DNA from: an uncultured delta proteobacterium | GTDB taxonomy: Bacteria > Desulfobacterota > Binatia > Binatales > Binataceae | Length of the DNA stretch: 64,000 bases | Direction of reading: 5' to 3' | Assembly: GCA_963842085.1 (NCBI GenBank) | Contig: CAWJET010000002.1 | Span: 864,001-928,000 of the forward strand | Part shown: one piece after another, positions 28,854 to 39,244 of the stretch | Position numbering within the stretch: position 1 is the stretch's first letter | Layout of the letters: each line of letters starts with the position of its first letter | Program-made: the position numbers and the translations under genes | The notes under the pieces: model-generated | What the model saw: the letters and a program-made list of their open reading frames with translations, nothing else | What the model was told of the DNA's origin: nothing | Database searches by the model: none

Positions 28854-29369
28854 TTGGCCGAAAGCCCGACTGACAAACCGAATCCGCAGACCAAGTCCCG
28901 GCGTCCGAGTTGGGACCAGTACTTCATGACGATTACGCGCGAGGTCGCCGAGCGTTCGACCTGCCTGCGCGCCAAGGTCGGCGCCGTAATCGTTCGCGAC
29001 CGCAGCATTTTGGCCACCGGCTACAACGGCTCGCCGGCCGGATTACCGCATTGCACCGAGGCCGGATGCCTCATCTACGAATCGCACACGCCGGACGGCG
29101 AAATCGAGCAGAACTGCTATCGCACCATCCACGCCGAGATCAACGCGATCTCGCAAGCGGCGCGCAACGGCGCCGCCATCCGCGACGCCGACATCTACGT
29201 GACTCACACGCCCTGCATCCATTGCCTCAAGGTGCTCATCAACACCGGCGTGCGCACCGTGTATTACGCGCGCGCCTACAAGCTCCACACCGTCGCCGAG
29301 ATGCTCAAAGGCGCGAGCATCAAGCTCGTCGAGGTCCCGGCTGTGGATCCCGCCTCAGGCGCCGCATGA
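28854..29369 (+). CDS. dCMP deaminase family (ComEB-like)
   Basis: RPSWDQYFM, RSTC, GYNG, HAE, PCIHC. Confidence 0.93.
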   Translation: MAESPTDKPNPQTKSRRPSWDQYFMTITREVAERSTCLRAKVGAVIVRDRSILATGYNGSPAGLPHCTEAGCLIYESHTPDGEIEQNCYRTIHAEINAISQAARNGAAIRDADIYVTHTPCIHCLKVLINTGVRTVYYARAYKLHTVAEMLKGASIKLVEVPAVDPASGAA

Positions 29370-29854
29370 CTTCCGACAACCCTGCCTCCGCTTCCACCTG
29401 CGGAATCTGCGCGATGATCGATCGGATCGATGCAGGCGCCTTCCCGGATTTCATAGCTGAGCTGAAGAGCAGCTACGTGATCCTCGGCGATCAGCAATTC
29501 TATCGCGGCTACTGCGTGCTGTTATCGAAGGCACACGCGACTGAGCTTTACCTGATGCCGGCCGACGACGCGCGCCTGCTGTTCGACGAGATGCGCCTGA
29601 CGGCCGAGGCCGTCGCCGCCGTCGTCAAGCCTTGGAAGATGAACTACGAATGCCTGGGCAACTCGGAACCGCACGTGCACTGGCATCTGCTGCCCCGCTA
29701 CGAGACCGACGAAATGCGGCGCGGCCCAATCTGGCTGCGCCCCGAGTCCGAACGAAAGGTAACGCTTGACGAAAATGACCGCCGCGCGCTTGTCGGATCG
29801 ATCCGCCGCCAGCTCACCCTCCGTTTTCCCGACGCACGCATCCCGCCCGGCTAG
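29366..29854 (+). CDS. HIT family hydrolase
   Basis: CxxC, GNSEPHVHWHLLPR; ATG overlaps the upstream stop (ATGA). Confidence 0.9.
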   Translation: MTSDNPASASTCGICAMIDRIDAGAFPDFIAELKSSYVILGDQQFYRGYCVLLSKAHATELYLMPADDARLLFDEMRLTAEAVAAVVKPWKMNYECLGNSEPHVHWHLLPRYETDEMRRGPIWLRPESERKVTLDENDRRALVGSIRRQLTLRFPDARIPPG

Positions 29855-30158
29855 AAATTTCGCGTCGCCAGCCAAATTTTCGCGCGCTGCTCTCGCGCTC
29901 GCATTCCTCGCGATGCTTGCCGCGGGATGCAAACGCGCGCCGCTCCCCGACGCGACCAGTCCCGGCGCGCAGCTCTACGTCAGGCGATGCGGCAAGTGCC
30001 ACGCGCCGTACAACCCCCATGAAATGACCGCCGCGATGTGGGAAACGCAGGTCATGATGATGGAAGTGAAGATGCAAGCCGCGGCGATGCCTCCGCTTAC
30101 TTCCGACGAGCGCGAGTCCATCCTTCAATACCTCAAACGCAACGCCGGCACCGAATAG
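29766..30158 (+). CDS. Small monoheme cytochrome c lipoprotein (true start probably downstream)
   Basis: LAAGC lipobox; CGKCH; Met-rich W..MMM.KM segment. Confidence 0.75.
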   Translation: MTKMTAARLSDRSAASSPSVFPTHASRPARNFASPAKFSRAALALAFLAMLAAGCKRAPLPDATSPGAQLYVRRCGKCHAPYNPHEMTAAMWETQVMMMEVKMQAAAMPPLTSDERESILQYLKRNAGTE

Positions 30159-30298
30159 TTCACTAGCATCCGGAAGTGGGGACGCGCGCCAACCCCTGCA
30201 TTTGACTCTGCGACTCGCCTGATCTTAAGTGACCCACAGACGCCGCTGCGCGAAGTTGCGCGCGCACGAGAACAGAAATTCAACGCGAGGAATTCTTC

Positions 30299-30502
30299 AT
30301 GGCTCGAATGGTCAGACACGAAAAGAACGCGCCCTACGAAGTTCCGGAAGGCACCGAGCTGCCAATCTACATCTGCGCGTGCGGACTCTCGAAGAACAAG
30401 CCCTTTTGCGACGGCTCGCACAAAAAAACGCGCGACGAAAATCCCGCCGACGTTTACGTCTACGACGATATCGGCCGCGCCCGCGTCAAGACCGAATACT
30501 AG
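30299..30502 (+). CDS. CDGSH iron-sulfur domain protein
   Basis: [17 protein letters not shown]. Confidence 0.93.
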   Translation: MARMVRHEKNAPYEVPEGTELPIYICACGLSKNKPFCDGSHKKTRDENPADVYVYDDIGRARVKTEY

Positions 30503-30533
30503 CAGGTCCGCGTCGGTCCTCTCCGCGATTGTT

Positions 30534-30566
30534 CCCCTTCCCACATGGAAGGGGTTAGGGGTTAGG
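30534..30566 (+). repeat. REP-like extragenic palindrome
   Basis: CCCCTTCC-CACAT-GGAAGGGG followed by TTAGGGGTTAGG; same architecture as 62010-62043. Confidence 0.6.
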
Positions 30567-30585
30567 TTTTCCTACCCATTCCAAA

Positions 30586-32481
30586 TTGAAACTCCCCGAA
30601 GAGATTACCCGCTCTGATTCCGGGCCTGCCTCTCCGCCCGCATGCGAGGCGCCCCGCGATGCGGCTGCTCCGGATTGGCTTCAGTATGTCGCCGAGCCTC
30701 GCCACGCGTGGCCCATCCTGCTGATCGTTGGCGTCGCCCTCTATCTCGTCAATCTGGGCGGCTATCCGCTCTACACCAAGGGCGAACCGCGCGAGGCTGT
30801 CACCGTCTTCGACATCGTCCACGGCGGCGGCGTGATCCTTCCGCAGCGCGCCGGAGTCGAAATTCCATCCAAGCCATTGCTGATGCACTGGATGGCCGCG
30901 CTCGTCTCGCTCGTCGGCGGCGGCGTCAACGAATTCTCCGTGCGGCTGCCTTCGGCCTGCCTCGCTATCGCCGGCGTCATCGTCTGCTACTTTTACGTGC
31001 GCCGGCTGTTCGACAACGTGACCGCACTCATCGCCGCGCTCATCTTCGCCACCACGTTTCAGTATTTGCAAGCCGGGACGGGCGCGCGCGTGGACATGAC
31101 GCTGACCTTCTTCATGGAGGTCGCGTTCTTCGAATTCATTCTCATCGCCGAAGGACTGACGCGCCGCCGGATGCTCCTCTACGTGGCCATCGCGCTTGCC
31201 GTTTTGACCAAAGGCCCCATCGGCTTGATTCTCCCCGGCCTCGTCGCGTTGATTTGGATCATCGCTGAACGACGCTGGACTCTGCTGCGCGAGATGAACC
31301 TCGGGCGCGGTACGATCGTCGTGTTGGTGCTCGCCGGCGGATGGTACGTCGCGGCGTTGATCGAGGGCGGTCCGGATTTCTTCCGCAAGCAGATTCTCGC
31401 CGAAAACGTGCTCCGCTTTGCCGGCGGTGGCGATTTCCACGAGGGCCACATCCATCCGTTCTACTACATGGAACTGGCCCTTCTCGCCGGATTTCTGCCA
31501 TGGACGATTCTGCTCCCGATCGTCGGTATTCAGGCCGCACGGGCACCGCTCGCAGTCGATGCGCGCCTCAAATACATCTTCGTCTGGTTCACCGCGGTGC
31601 TGATCTTCTACAACCTTCCGCAGAGCAAGCGCGGTGTTTACCTGCTCTGCATGTATCCCGCTTTTGCCACCCTGGTCGCGATCTATTTCCGCCAGGCCAT
31701 CGTGCGTCCTGCGCCGGCACGCTCCTTTGTCCATTGGATCGCGCGATTGTCCGGTTTTGCGATGCTGCTGCTCGGTAGCGCTGGCCTGGTTGCGCTCGCG
31801 ATGCTTGTCGCCTCGCCACACGAGTTCGCCGATGTGCTGCAGGCGGCAAGCATTCGCGCCGCCGCCTTCCCGCGCGTATTGGACTCAACCGTCAGCGAGC
31901 ATTGGATGCTCGCGCTCGCGATGCCTCTGGCGGTCGTCGTGCTGGGCGTGCGACTGCTCGTCACGCCCCCCCTGGTCGAACGAACTGTGCTCGCAATCGC
32001 GGCCGCGATGGTTTTCGTCACCGTTGCGGTCAACGTGGTCGTCGTGCCGGCCATCGCCAACACCCTCTCGCTGAAGGACTTCACTGATCATGTCATGAAA
32101 GTCGTGGACGACAATTCGGTCGGCTACCTGGGCGCGCTCAACTACGACGTCGCCTTTTACAGCCGCCGCACAATTCCGATCGTCTCGCAAAGAGATCGCG
32201 AGATGCCCGAGTACCTGATCGCCTGGCGCACTCTGTTCGACGCGCTCCCCGCGTCGAAGCGTAGCCGCTACGACATCGTGATGGTTTCCAACCCGACCTC
32301 GCTCGACGGCACCGACGAGATGCTCCTCGTGCGCCAGCACGCAGGTTCGTCGAAGCCGCCGTCCAAACCTTCCGACAGCTATATTGAAGCGAGGACGTTT
32401 ACGACAGGCTCTCTCTTCGAAGCTCCACGATCGCCTGCGCCAGCCGCGGCAGCACCTCCGCCGACCCGCCGCGCAAGCTGA
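30586..32481 (+). CDS. ArnT-family glycosyltransferase
   Basis: GEPRE, KPLLMHW, VRLPSA, ARVDM, LTKGPIG, KRGVYLL. Confidence 0.9.
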   Translation: MKLPEEITRSDSGPASPPACEAPRDAAAPDWLQYVAEPRHAWPILLIVGVALYLVNLGGYPLYTKGEPREAVTVFDIVHGGGVILPQRAGVEIPSKPLLMHWMAALVSLVGGGVNEFSVRLPSACLAIAGVIVCYFYVRRLFDNVTALIAALIFATTFQYLQAGTGARVDMTLTFFMEVAFFEFILIAEGLTRRRMLLYVAIALAVLTKGPIGLILPGLVALIWIIAERRWTLLREMNLGRGTIVVLVLAGGWYVAALIEGGPDFFRKQILAENVLRFAGGGDFHEGHIHPFYYMELALLAGFLPWTILLPIVGIQAARAPLAVDARLKYIFVWFTAVLIFYNLPQSKRGVYLLCMYPAFATLVAIYFRQAIVRPAPARSFVHWIARLSGFAMLLLGSAGLVALAMLVASPHEFADVLQAASIRAAAFPRVLDSTVSEHWMLALAMPLAVVVLGVRLLVTPPLVERTVLAIAAAMVFVTVAVNVVVVPAIANTLSLKDFTDHVMKVVDDNSVGYLGALNYDVAFYSRRTIPIVSQRDREMPEYLIAWRTLFDALPASKRSRYDIVMVSNPTSLDGTDEMLLVRQHAGSSKPPSKPSDSYIEARTFTTGSLFEAPRSPAPAAAAPPPTRRAS

Positions 32482-33196
32482 CGTCGCATATCTGCGTGAT
32501 CTCCGACTCGTAGAGATTCACCTCGATCAACGTTCCGCCGCGCTGTTTCACTTCGAGCGCGAATCCCGCCGCTGGATAAACCGTCGCCGAAGTCCCCGCC
32601 ACGATCACCAGGTCTGCCCTGGCCGAATGCTCCGCACACATGTTCAGCACGTCGATCGGAATCGGCTCGCCAAACGAAACCGTGTCCGACTTCAACAATC
32701 CTCCGCATCGCGGACACGCCGGCGGCAGTTTCTCCAGGCTGATCGCGTCACCGTGAAACCGCGTCCTGCAATCGAGGCATCGAATCAACGTCCAGTTGCC
32801 ATGGATTTCCGCAAGCGCCTTTTGCCCGGCCTGCCGGTGCAGGTCGTCGATGTTCTGCGTGATGACGAAGCGCAGCACTTCCAGTCGCTCCAACTCCACC
32901 AGCGCGAGATGTCCCGGATTCGGCTTGGCGACGGTGAGTGGTTTGTAGAGCTCATCATTGCGTTTGCTGAGCCGCTCTTCCCACGCCTTTTTCGGGTCCG
33001 CCATGAAGCGCTGGAATCCGTTCATCGGCGGCTCGCCGTACTTGGTCCACAGCCCGCCCGGCCCGCGAAACGGCGGTATTCCGCTTTCGACGGACATCCC
33101 CGCACCCGTTAGCGCGATCGCATAGCGCGCCGCCAGAATCGTTCTCGCAGCTTCGCGGACTTCCACGTCGCTCGCTCTGTCACTCCTCTTTGTCAT
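32399..33196 (-). CDS. cobB: NAD-dependent protein deacylase (sirtuin)
   Basis: TGAGMSVESGIPPFRG, TQNIDDLH, HG, two CxxC, GTSATVYPAA; 83-bp convergent overlap with the ArnT gene. Confidence 0.93.
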   Translation of the reverse strand: MTKRSDRASDVEVREAARTILAARYAIALTGAGMSVESGIPPFRGPGGLWTKYGEPPMNGFQRFMADPKKAWEERLSKRNDELYKPLTVAKPNPGHLALVELERLEVLRFVITQNIDDLHRQAGQKALAEIHGNWTLIRCLDCRTRFHGDAISLEKLPPACPRCGGLLKSDTVSFGEPIPIDVLNMCAEHSARADLVIVAGTSATVYPAAGFALEVKQRGGTLIEVNLYESEITQICDVSLRGGSAEVLPRLAQAIVELRRESLS

Positions 33197-33240
33197 CGGG
33201 AATTCCCCCTCCGCGCGAAATCTCACGTAGTCAGTGGTCC

Positions 33241-34221
33241 TCAACCGACTACACATGAAATAAACGTGAATGCGTATGCCGCCAACCCTGCCGCCCCTGC
33301 TCGAATAGTCACAGCGCCCGAAACCACCGACTCATTCGCGACGACACTGTACATCCGCGGCCGGTCCACCGTGATAAGTGCGCGTTCGCCGTCGAACGTC
33401 ACGTCGTCTCCCGCCCGCTGCCCGCTTTCGAGCGTGACCTCCGTCCTTACGCTCGCTCCCGCCGGCGGCGCCATCACCAGGTTCACATCCTTCGCGGTGT
33501 ACCTGAGCGAAATCGCCGCGCCCGCCCCCTCGCTGCGCGCGCTCTCCTGCTCGACGCGCCACCGGCCCGCGAGATAACTCATGCCCTCGACGTGCGGCCC
33601 GGCATCGTGATAGTCATGCGGCCGATCGCGAACGACGCCCTCGAAATTTCCAAACTGGCCGCGCGCGTAACCGAGATACAGCTCGGGCGTAACGCGATAG
33701 CAGACCGCGCCGGGACGGTCGCTGTCGCGCACCGGCTCCATCGGCGGCGGCAGACTCGCGCCAGGATTCAGTTCGCGGATCAATCCCTGAATAGCTACTT
33801 CGGTTTCCTGGTACGCACCTTCGCCGAAATGGTAATAGCGAATGCGGCCCTTCGCATCGACCAGGTACTTGGCCGGCCAGAACCGATTCGAGTACGCCCG
33901 CCAGATTGCATATTCATTGTCGAGCACGATTGGGTATTCCAGGCCGAATCGCGCCGCCGCATCCGCCACGTGCGATCCCTCGCGCGCAAAAGAAAACTCG
34001 GGCGCATGCACCCCGACGACTACCAGGCCGCTCTGCGCGTATCTTTTATTCCATGCCACCACGTACGGCAGCGTCCGGATGCAGTTGACGCAGGTGTAGT
34101 CCCAGAAATCGACCAGCACCACAGCCTTGTCACGCAATGCCCTGAGGCTCACCGGGCCGTGCTGAATCCATTGGCCCCCATCCAGTTCCGGCGCCAGTAC
34201 TGTCTCGGACAATTGCGGCAT
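33241..34221 (-). CDS. Redoxin-domain protein (DipZ C-terminal-like)
   Basis: DFWDYTCVNC, GVHAPEF, WPAKY, TPELYLG, YAFTF. Confidence 0.88.
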   Translation of the reverse strand: MPQLSETVLAPELDGGQWIQHGPVSLRALRDKAVVLVDFWDYTCVNCIRTLPYVVAWNKRYAQSGLVVVGVHAPEFSFAREGSHVADAAARFGLEYPIVLDNEYAIWRAYSNRFWPAKYLVDAKGRIRYYHFGEGAYQETEVAIQGLIRELNPGASLPPPMEPVRDSDRPGAVCYRVTPELYLGYARGQFGNFEGVVRDRPHDYHDAGPHVEGMSYLAGRWRVEQESARSEGAGAAISLRYTAKDVNLVMAPPAGASVRTEVTLESGQRAGDDVTFDGERALITVDRPRMYSVVANESVVSGAVTIRAGAAGLAAYAFTFISCVVG

Positions 34222-34274
34222 CTCGCTCTCCTCGAGTCGCTCGGAGCGTAGCACAGGCCCGGTTTCAGCTCGAA

Positions 34275-34760
34275 GTGGATTTGACCCTTCGCCCATCGCG
34301 CGCTAGTCAATCGCTCGTGGATGTACCTTCGCGCCTGAAAGTGATTGCAATCGAATCGCCCGCCGACATGCAGCGCGCTCACGCGATTCGCCGCCGCGTG
34401 TTTATCGAAGAACAGCGCGTGCCCGAAGAAATCGAAATGGACGCCGACGACGCGCACGCATTTCACGCGCTGGCGATTCTCGACGGCGTCGCCATCGGCT
34501 GCGGCAGGATGGTCGAGTATGGCGCGACCGTAGTGAAGATCGGCCGCATGGCGGTCCTACCGGAGTTTCGAAACACCGGCGTCGGCGCAAACATCCTGCG
34601 CTTCCTGGTCGATCGCGCGCGCACCCGCGGATTCAGCAAAGCGATCCTGCATGCACAACTTACTGCCGAGGGCTTCTATCTCAAGGAAGGATTTATCCCG
34701 GTAGGCAGCGTCTTCGACGAGGCGGGCATCGCGCACCGGAAGATGCAACGCGATCTCTGA
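34275..34760 (+). CDS. GNAT acetyltransferase (ElaA/YjcF-like)
   Basis: IRRRVFIEEQ, KIGRMAV, LHAQ, FDEAGIAH. Confidence 0.9.
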   Translation: MDLTLRPSRASQSLVDVPSRLKVIAIESPADMQRAHAIRRRVFIEEQRVPEEIEMDADDAHAFHALAILDGVAIGCGRMVEYGATVVKIGRMAVLPEFRNTGVGANILRFLVDRARTRGFSKAILHAQLTAEGFYLKEGFIPVGSVFDEAGIAHRKMQRDL

Positions 34761-34762
34761 CG

Positions 34763-35590
34763 TTACAAACTGGCCGCGAACTCTTCGATCACGCGCGCGA
34801 CCGCTTCCGGCTTCTCCAGGATCACATGATGGTGCGCGTCGGCAATCGTCACCAGCCGCGCGTTCGGATTTGACGCGCACGCATGCTCCGCCGCCTCCGC
34901 CGTCATGATACGGCTGTGCTCGGCGCGCACCAGCATCGTGGGAATCGTGATTTCCTTGATCGTGTCGAGCACCGCCAGCCCGTCGCCGCCGAGAAAACTC
35001 TCGCGATCGAATTTGAGCGTCCACCGCCCCTCATCGGTCCGCGCCAGGCTTTTCTCAGCTATCTCATGAAGTACTTCGTCCGCGATTCCACCCTCGTTGG
35101 GCATCAGGCGAAAGCGCGCCTTTGCCGTTGCGAGATCGGGATACGTTACTACCGGGATTCCTTTCAGCCGCCGCAGATATCGATCCCGCCCGCGACTGGA
35201 CGTGACTGCAACGTCGATCGCCATCGCCCCGCGCGCGCTATGCGGATGCTGCCGCGCGAACGCCAGCACGCTCAGCCCACCCATGCTGTGTCCCACGACG
35301 ACCGGTTTGTCCGCGTCCGCGGTCACGTGCGCGACGAGCCTCGCTATATCATTTGCGTAGTCGGCCGGCGAGTACGCCGCCGGCCGCGCCCACTCGCTGT
35401 CGCCATGTCCGCGCTGGTCGAGCGCGAGCAGCCGGTGCTTCGGCGCAATCGCGCGCGCCACCGGTTCCCACCACCACGCATTCGCCGAGTTGCCATGCAC
35501 CAGGATAATCGTGCGCGGCGCGTGCGGATTCCATTCCAGGTAATGCAGGCGTGGAGCGCCTTCGAGCAGATGACTGTGCGGCGGCGTCAT
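34763..35590 (-). CDS. Alpha/beta hydrolase
   Basis: HG, DQRGHG, GHSMGG, AHHH. Confidence 0.92.
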   Translation of the reverse strand: MTPPHSHLLEGAPRLHYLEWNPHAPRTIILVHGNSANAWWWEPVARAIAPKHRLLALDQRGHGDSEWARPAAYSPADYANDIARLVAHVTADADKPVVVGHSMGGLSVLAFARQHPHSARGAMAIDVAVTSSRGRDRYLRRLKGIPVVTYPDLATAKARFRLMPNEGGIADEVLHEIAEKSLARTDEGRWTLKFDRESFLGGDGLAVLDTIKEITIPTMLVRAEHSRIMTAEAAEHACASNPNARLVTIADAHHHVILEKPEAVARVIEEFAASL

Positions 35591-36402
35591 TTCAGGGTAT
35601 CGACGAAAGCTCGAATTACTTCGATCAGCCCCGTCGGATTGTCCAGCATTACGTGATGATACGAGTCATCGACTTCAGCCAGACGCCCGTGCGCGAGTTG
35701 CTCGACCATTTTTTTCGCGACCTCGCGATCCAGCAGCGGACTCTTCGTGATCTTCACGATCAGCGCGGGGCAGGCGATGCGATGCAACGACTTCCACACC
35801 CGCGAGGGTTCGCGAATCATCGTGCGCCGATCCAGCTTGTGGGTCCACGCGCCGTCGTCGTGCCGCTTGAAGCTCCGGCGCGCGACATGCTCCAGGACTT
35901 CTTTCCTGGCCAGCGTCTCGCGCGGCAGGACCTTGAAATTCCGCGCCGCCTCGTCGAGCGATTCGAACCGGCGCGCCGGCTTTGCCGCGATCGACTGCAG
36001 AAATTCGACCGCCTGCCGCGGGTAGTCGGGCGGCGGATCGAGCGCCACGATCGCGCGTAATTTATCGCTGTGCTCCGCCGCGTATGCCAGCACGTTATGC
36101 GCGCCCATTGAATGCCCCACCAAAATTGGCGCGCCGAATCCCCAGCCCTCGATCACTTGATCCAGGTCCGACACGTAATGCCGCGAGCCGTACGCCCATT
36201 CATCCGCCCATTCGCTTTCGCCATGCCCGCGCTGATCGAGCGCCAGCACGTGGTAATCCCCCGCAAACGCCGGCGCGACGAAATCCCACCAATGTGCGTG
36301 CGCCGAGCCGCCATGCAGAAAAAGCATCGGCGGCTTGCCCTCACCGCCGTAGTCAATGCAGTTCAGCGCGAGTCCGTTGACTGTAAAGCGATGCGCCTTC
36401 AT
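35587..36402 (-). CDS. Alpha/beta hydrolase (tandem paralog)
   Basis: LHGG, DQRGHG, GHSMG, SYHH. Confidence 0.92.
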   Translation of the reverse strand: MKAHRFTVNGLALNCIDYGGEGKPPMLFLHGGSAHAHWWDFVAPAFAGDYHVLALDQRGHGESEWADEWAYGSRHYVSDLDQVIEGWGFGAPILVGHSMGAHNVLAYAAEHSDKLRAIVALDPPPDYPRQAVEFLQSIAAKPARRFESLDEAARNFKVLPRETLARKEVLEHVARRSFKRHDDGAWTHKLDRRTMIREPSRVWKSLHRIACPALIVKITKSPLLDREVAKKMVEQLAHGRLAEVDDSYHHVMLDNPTGLIEVIRAFVDTLK

Positions 36403-36525
36403 CGGTCTCCCGGAATTCCCTTGCTCATCTCAAAACCACTGCCCGCCGCGCACACATGATAGCTTTGCAGCGCGCTCCTTTCATGCCACCATTTAGAGGC
36501 TAGATCCTGTGCGTCACCTGAAGCC

Positions 36526-37092
36526 ATGCGAGATCGAACCGCGCTGAAACCACTGACTCTCGTCGCCGCCTTGATGCTTGCGCTCGCGTCCTTTCCTTCT
36601 TCCGCGCGCGCCCAGGACGCCAACGCGGCCAAAGCCCGGGCGCTCGTCGATGCCGCAATCAAAATGAGCGACAGCGATGCCGCTGTAAAGCTGCTCTGGC
36701 AGGCCACCGATATCGACCCCACGCTCGACGACGCTTACGTTTATCTCGGCCTCTACTACAACTCGCGCTCCGACTTCACCAACGTCATCAAGGTTTATCA
36801 AAAGCTCGTCAAGTATCAGCCCAACCAGGTCAGCGCTTACCTGAATATCGGCGAGGCGTACATGTCCTTTTCCCCGCCCAAGACCGACGACGCGCTGGTG
36901 TACTATCGCAAGGCGTACGAGATCGACCCCAAGAACACCTTCGCCGCGCTCAGAATCGGAGAACTGCTCGCGCAAGCGGGTCAACGCGACGATGCGCTCA
37001 AGTATCTCAGAATTGCTCTCGGCGACAGCGCCAAAAATCCCACCGTCGCATCGGAAGCCGAGAAAACTCTCAAGCAGATGGGTGCGCTCTGA
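36526..37092 (+). CDS. Exported TPR protein
   Basis: Signal ARA/Q; TPR-like repeats (AYVYLG, AYLNIG). Confidence 0.85.
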   Translation: MRDRTALKPLTLVAALMLALASFPSSARAQDANAAKARALVDAAIKMSDSDAAVKLLWQATDIDPTLDDAYVYLGLYYNSRSDFTNVIKVYQKLVKYQPNQVSAYLNIGEAYMSFSPPKTDDALVYYRKAYEIDPKNTFAALRIGELLAQAGQRDDALKYLRIALGDSAKNPTVASEAEKTLKQMGAL

Positions 37093-37441
37093 CCACGATC
37101 CGCGTCGTATCGAAGCGCTCGGTATTTTGGCAGCGACGTATGTCCTGGCCAGTCTTGCTGATTTACCGAACCGTTGAACGCACGGCCGCTATGGGTTTGC
37201 AAGTTTTCTAAGCTTCATAGCAGGAATCCGTTTTTATCAATCATTAGACTCTGCAGTTGACAAGCTGCCGCGCTGACTCAAAATCCTGCAAGTCGGATAA
37301 TATCTACTCACAAACTTATACTCTGACTGACTATTTTCTAATTACCTACTTCAGATTGGCTTGTACTTGTGACAGTATTCTGGCTGGCAACGGCGGAGCG
37401 GACTTAGTCCGCTGAAGTCGAGCGGGTTGAGGAGGTGCGGG

Positions 37442-38329
37442 ATGTCCGTTGTTAGGAATCCTTCTGGTAGTTTCTCCACGGCCGACTCAAACGACCGCGC
37501 AACTCAAAATAATCTGGTTTGCCTGAGCGACGCTGATCGCGTCCGCGACGAGCCGCCGAAGGACGCAGTCCGCGAGGACCTTCGCGACGCGGCCGCGACA
37601 TTTGTGATCGGAGCGGAGCCCCGGGGTGTGTCGGCCGGCGCGCCGCGTTGGAATGATGTTGTCGAGCAGGTATCGCCGCGCGAGTCCCGGGCGGGCATCG
37701 AAGCTGCGCAGACTCTCGGCCAACTGATGACCGAGGCGCGCAATCACCTGGGTCTCTCGCGAGAGCAGGTCGCCGGCCAGACCAACATTCCGGCGTACTA
37801 CGTCAGAATGATCGAGAGCGACAGCTACGACGCCATCCCTGATCAGCTTTACCTTCTGCCGTTTTTCCGGCGGTACGCAATTTTCCTCGGCCTCGACGCC
37901 CAGAAAGTGGTGTCGCGTTTCGTTCGTGACTTCGAGAAGGCCGAGAACGAAGTCCTCGAGACGCCGGCCTCGAAGACTCCGACCGCAATGGCACTCTCGA
38001 GATGGCGACGGATTGCGGCGGCATCGGTAGTCGGCGGAATCCTGCTCCCGTGTATCGCCTGGGGAATCGCAACGATCCACGCCGCCTATCATCAACCGGC
38101 TACCAGTTTATCGGCTGCGAGCTCGCCTGATACACAGCCGTCGCCTGCTATCCTGCCGACGGACTCGCGACCAGCCACCGCACCGGATTCCGCTCGAACT
38201 CCCGCGGCGGTCACGGTCTCTCCCTTGGCGACGATGCATGCTGAGACCAAACCGCAGCGAGCAGTTCACGGCCATCAGCCGCGTCGCCGTTCAAGACACT
38301 CGCGGCAGAGACCGGGACATCTCACTTAG
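37442..38329 (+). CDS. RodZ-like HTH_25 membrane protein
   Basis: LGQLMTEAR..LS.EQVA..T, IES..YDAIP, RRYAIFLGLD, one TM, Pro-rich tail; RBS GAGGAGG. Confidence 0.75.
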   Translation: MSVVRNPSGSFSTADSNDRATQNNLVCLSDADRVRDEPPKDAVREDLRDAAATFVIGAEPRGVSAGAPRWNDVVEQVSPRESRAGIEAAQTLGQLMTEARNHLGLSREQVAGQTNIPAYYVRMIESDSYDAIPDQLYLLPFFRRYAIFLGLDAQKVVSRFVRDFEKAENEVLETPASKTPTAMALSRWRRIAAASVVGGILLPCIAWGIATIHAAYHQPATSLSAASSPDTQPSPAILPTDSRPATAPDSARTPAAVTVSPLATMHAETKPQRAVHGHQPRRRSRHSRQRPGHLT

Positions 38330-38344
38330 ATGAAAGGGTGTCGC

Positions 38345-38788
38345 TCAATTCTGCGATGCAGAAGGCGCCGGCGCTGGTGAGGCGGCTGCCGGCGGAGCGC
38401 CTTCTTGTTCGGGCGGCATGTGATCATCGCCGCCGTGATGCCCGTGATGCTCCCACGGATGCGTGAAGTCGCGATCGAAGATCTTCTGCTGCTCGGGTGT
38501 CAGCACGCCGCGAATCTGGCCAAGTCCCTGCCAGAACAGGTCATGCCGCTGATGATCGAAATCCCGCCGCGCCTGCATCACCTTGAACCGCGTATCGCGC
38601 AGGATATCGCCAACTCTGTCGCGTTGCGCCGGCGTCAGATTGAGCTCGCGATTGATTCGCTCGATCAACCCGCCCCCCGGCACCCGCAGGTAATGATAGC
38701 GGTACGCCAGCGTGCTGATCGCAAATCCAATCAGAAGGCACGAGACTCCCACCACCAGGCCGAACCAGATGTTCCACTTAGCTGGCAA
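38345..38788 (-). CDS. Spy/CpxP-like periplasmic protein with His-rich tail
   Basis: LNLTPAQR and LTPEQQ repeats; HHGHH. Confidence 0.75.
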   Translation of the reverse strand: MPAKWNIWFGLVVGVSCLLIGFAISTLAYRYHYLRVPGGGLIERINRELNLTPAQRDRVGDILRDTRFKVMQARRDFDHQRHDLFWQGLGQIRGVLTPEQQKIFDRDFTHPWEHHGHHGGDDHMPPEQEGAPPAAASPAPAPSASQN

Positions 38789-39239
38789 GATCGCTCTCGG
38801 TCAGTGGCATCTCCGGCGCCAATGGATCGCCTGCGGTTTCGGCATTCATGCTCGACTCGGGCGCCGATAGCGCCTCGGCTATCGACTCATTCGGTGTCCG
38901 CACCGAAAGATACGCCGCGCTTGTCGCGAATACAAAGATCGCCGCAGCCGCCGCCATCGGAATCCATTGATTCGGCCTGGACACCTCCCGCGATACCGAC
39001 GCGAACCGCCGCGGCCTGTCCGCCAGCGAGAACTCGCGCCGCGCCGGCCGCGATATTCGCGCGGCCGCCTGCTGCTCCATCTCGCCATGCAGCACCGGCG
39101 CCGTCAGCGCGAAGACGCGAAACGCATGATCGCACTTCTCGCATCCCTTCAGATGCGCCAGCAGCTCGCCCCGCCGCTCAGCCGCTAAGGTCTTGCGCCA
39201 CAGCGCGGGAAATTCCTGTCGTGCTTCAAAACAATTCAT
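38778..39239 (-). CDS. Zinc-finger (zf-HC2) anti-sigma factor
   Basis: MNC...HLKGCEKC, one TM. Confidence 0.85.
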   Translation of the reverse strand: MNCFEARQEFPALWRKTLAAERRGELLAHLKGCEKCDHAFRVFALTAPVLHGEMEQQAAARISRPARREFSLADRPRRFASVSREVSRPNQWIPMAAAAAIFVFATSAAYLSVRTPNESIAEALSAPESSMNAETAGDPLAPEMPLTESDLAS

Positions 39240-39244
39240 GACTG

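Noticed and set aside
28910-29365. Long N-terminal extension of the HIT ORF
   Set aside because: It is an alternative frame over the deaminase gene; the real start is the coupled ATG at 29366.
30551-30566. Telomere-like TTAGGG repeats or a G-quadruplex
   Set aside because: Only two long G-runs; it is explained as the tail of a REP-like element.
32399-32481. Convergent overlap of the ArnT and cobB genes as a regulatory system
   Set aside because: The overlap covers only a low-complexity ArnT tail, which is common in GC-rich genomes.
37356-37372. Sigma54-like TTGGCTTGTACTTGT
   Set aside because: There is no GC at the required GG-N10 spacing.
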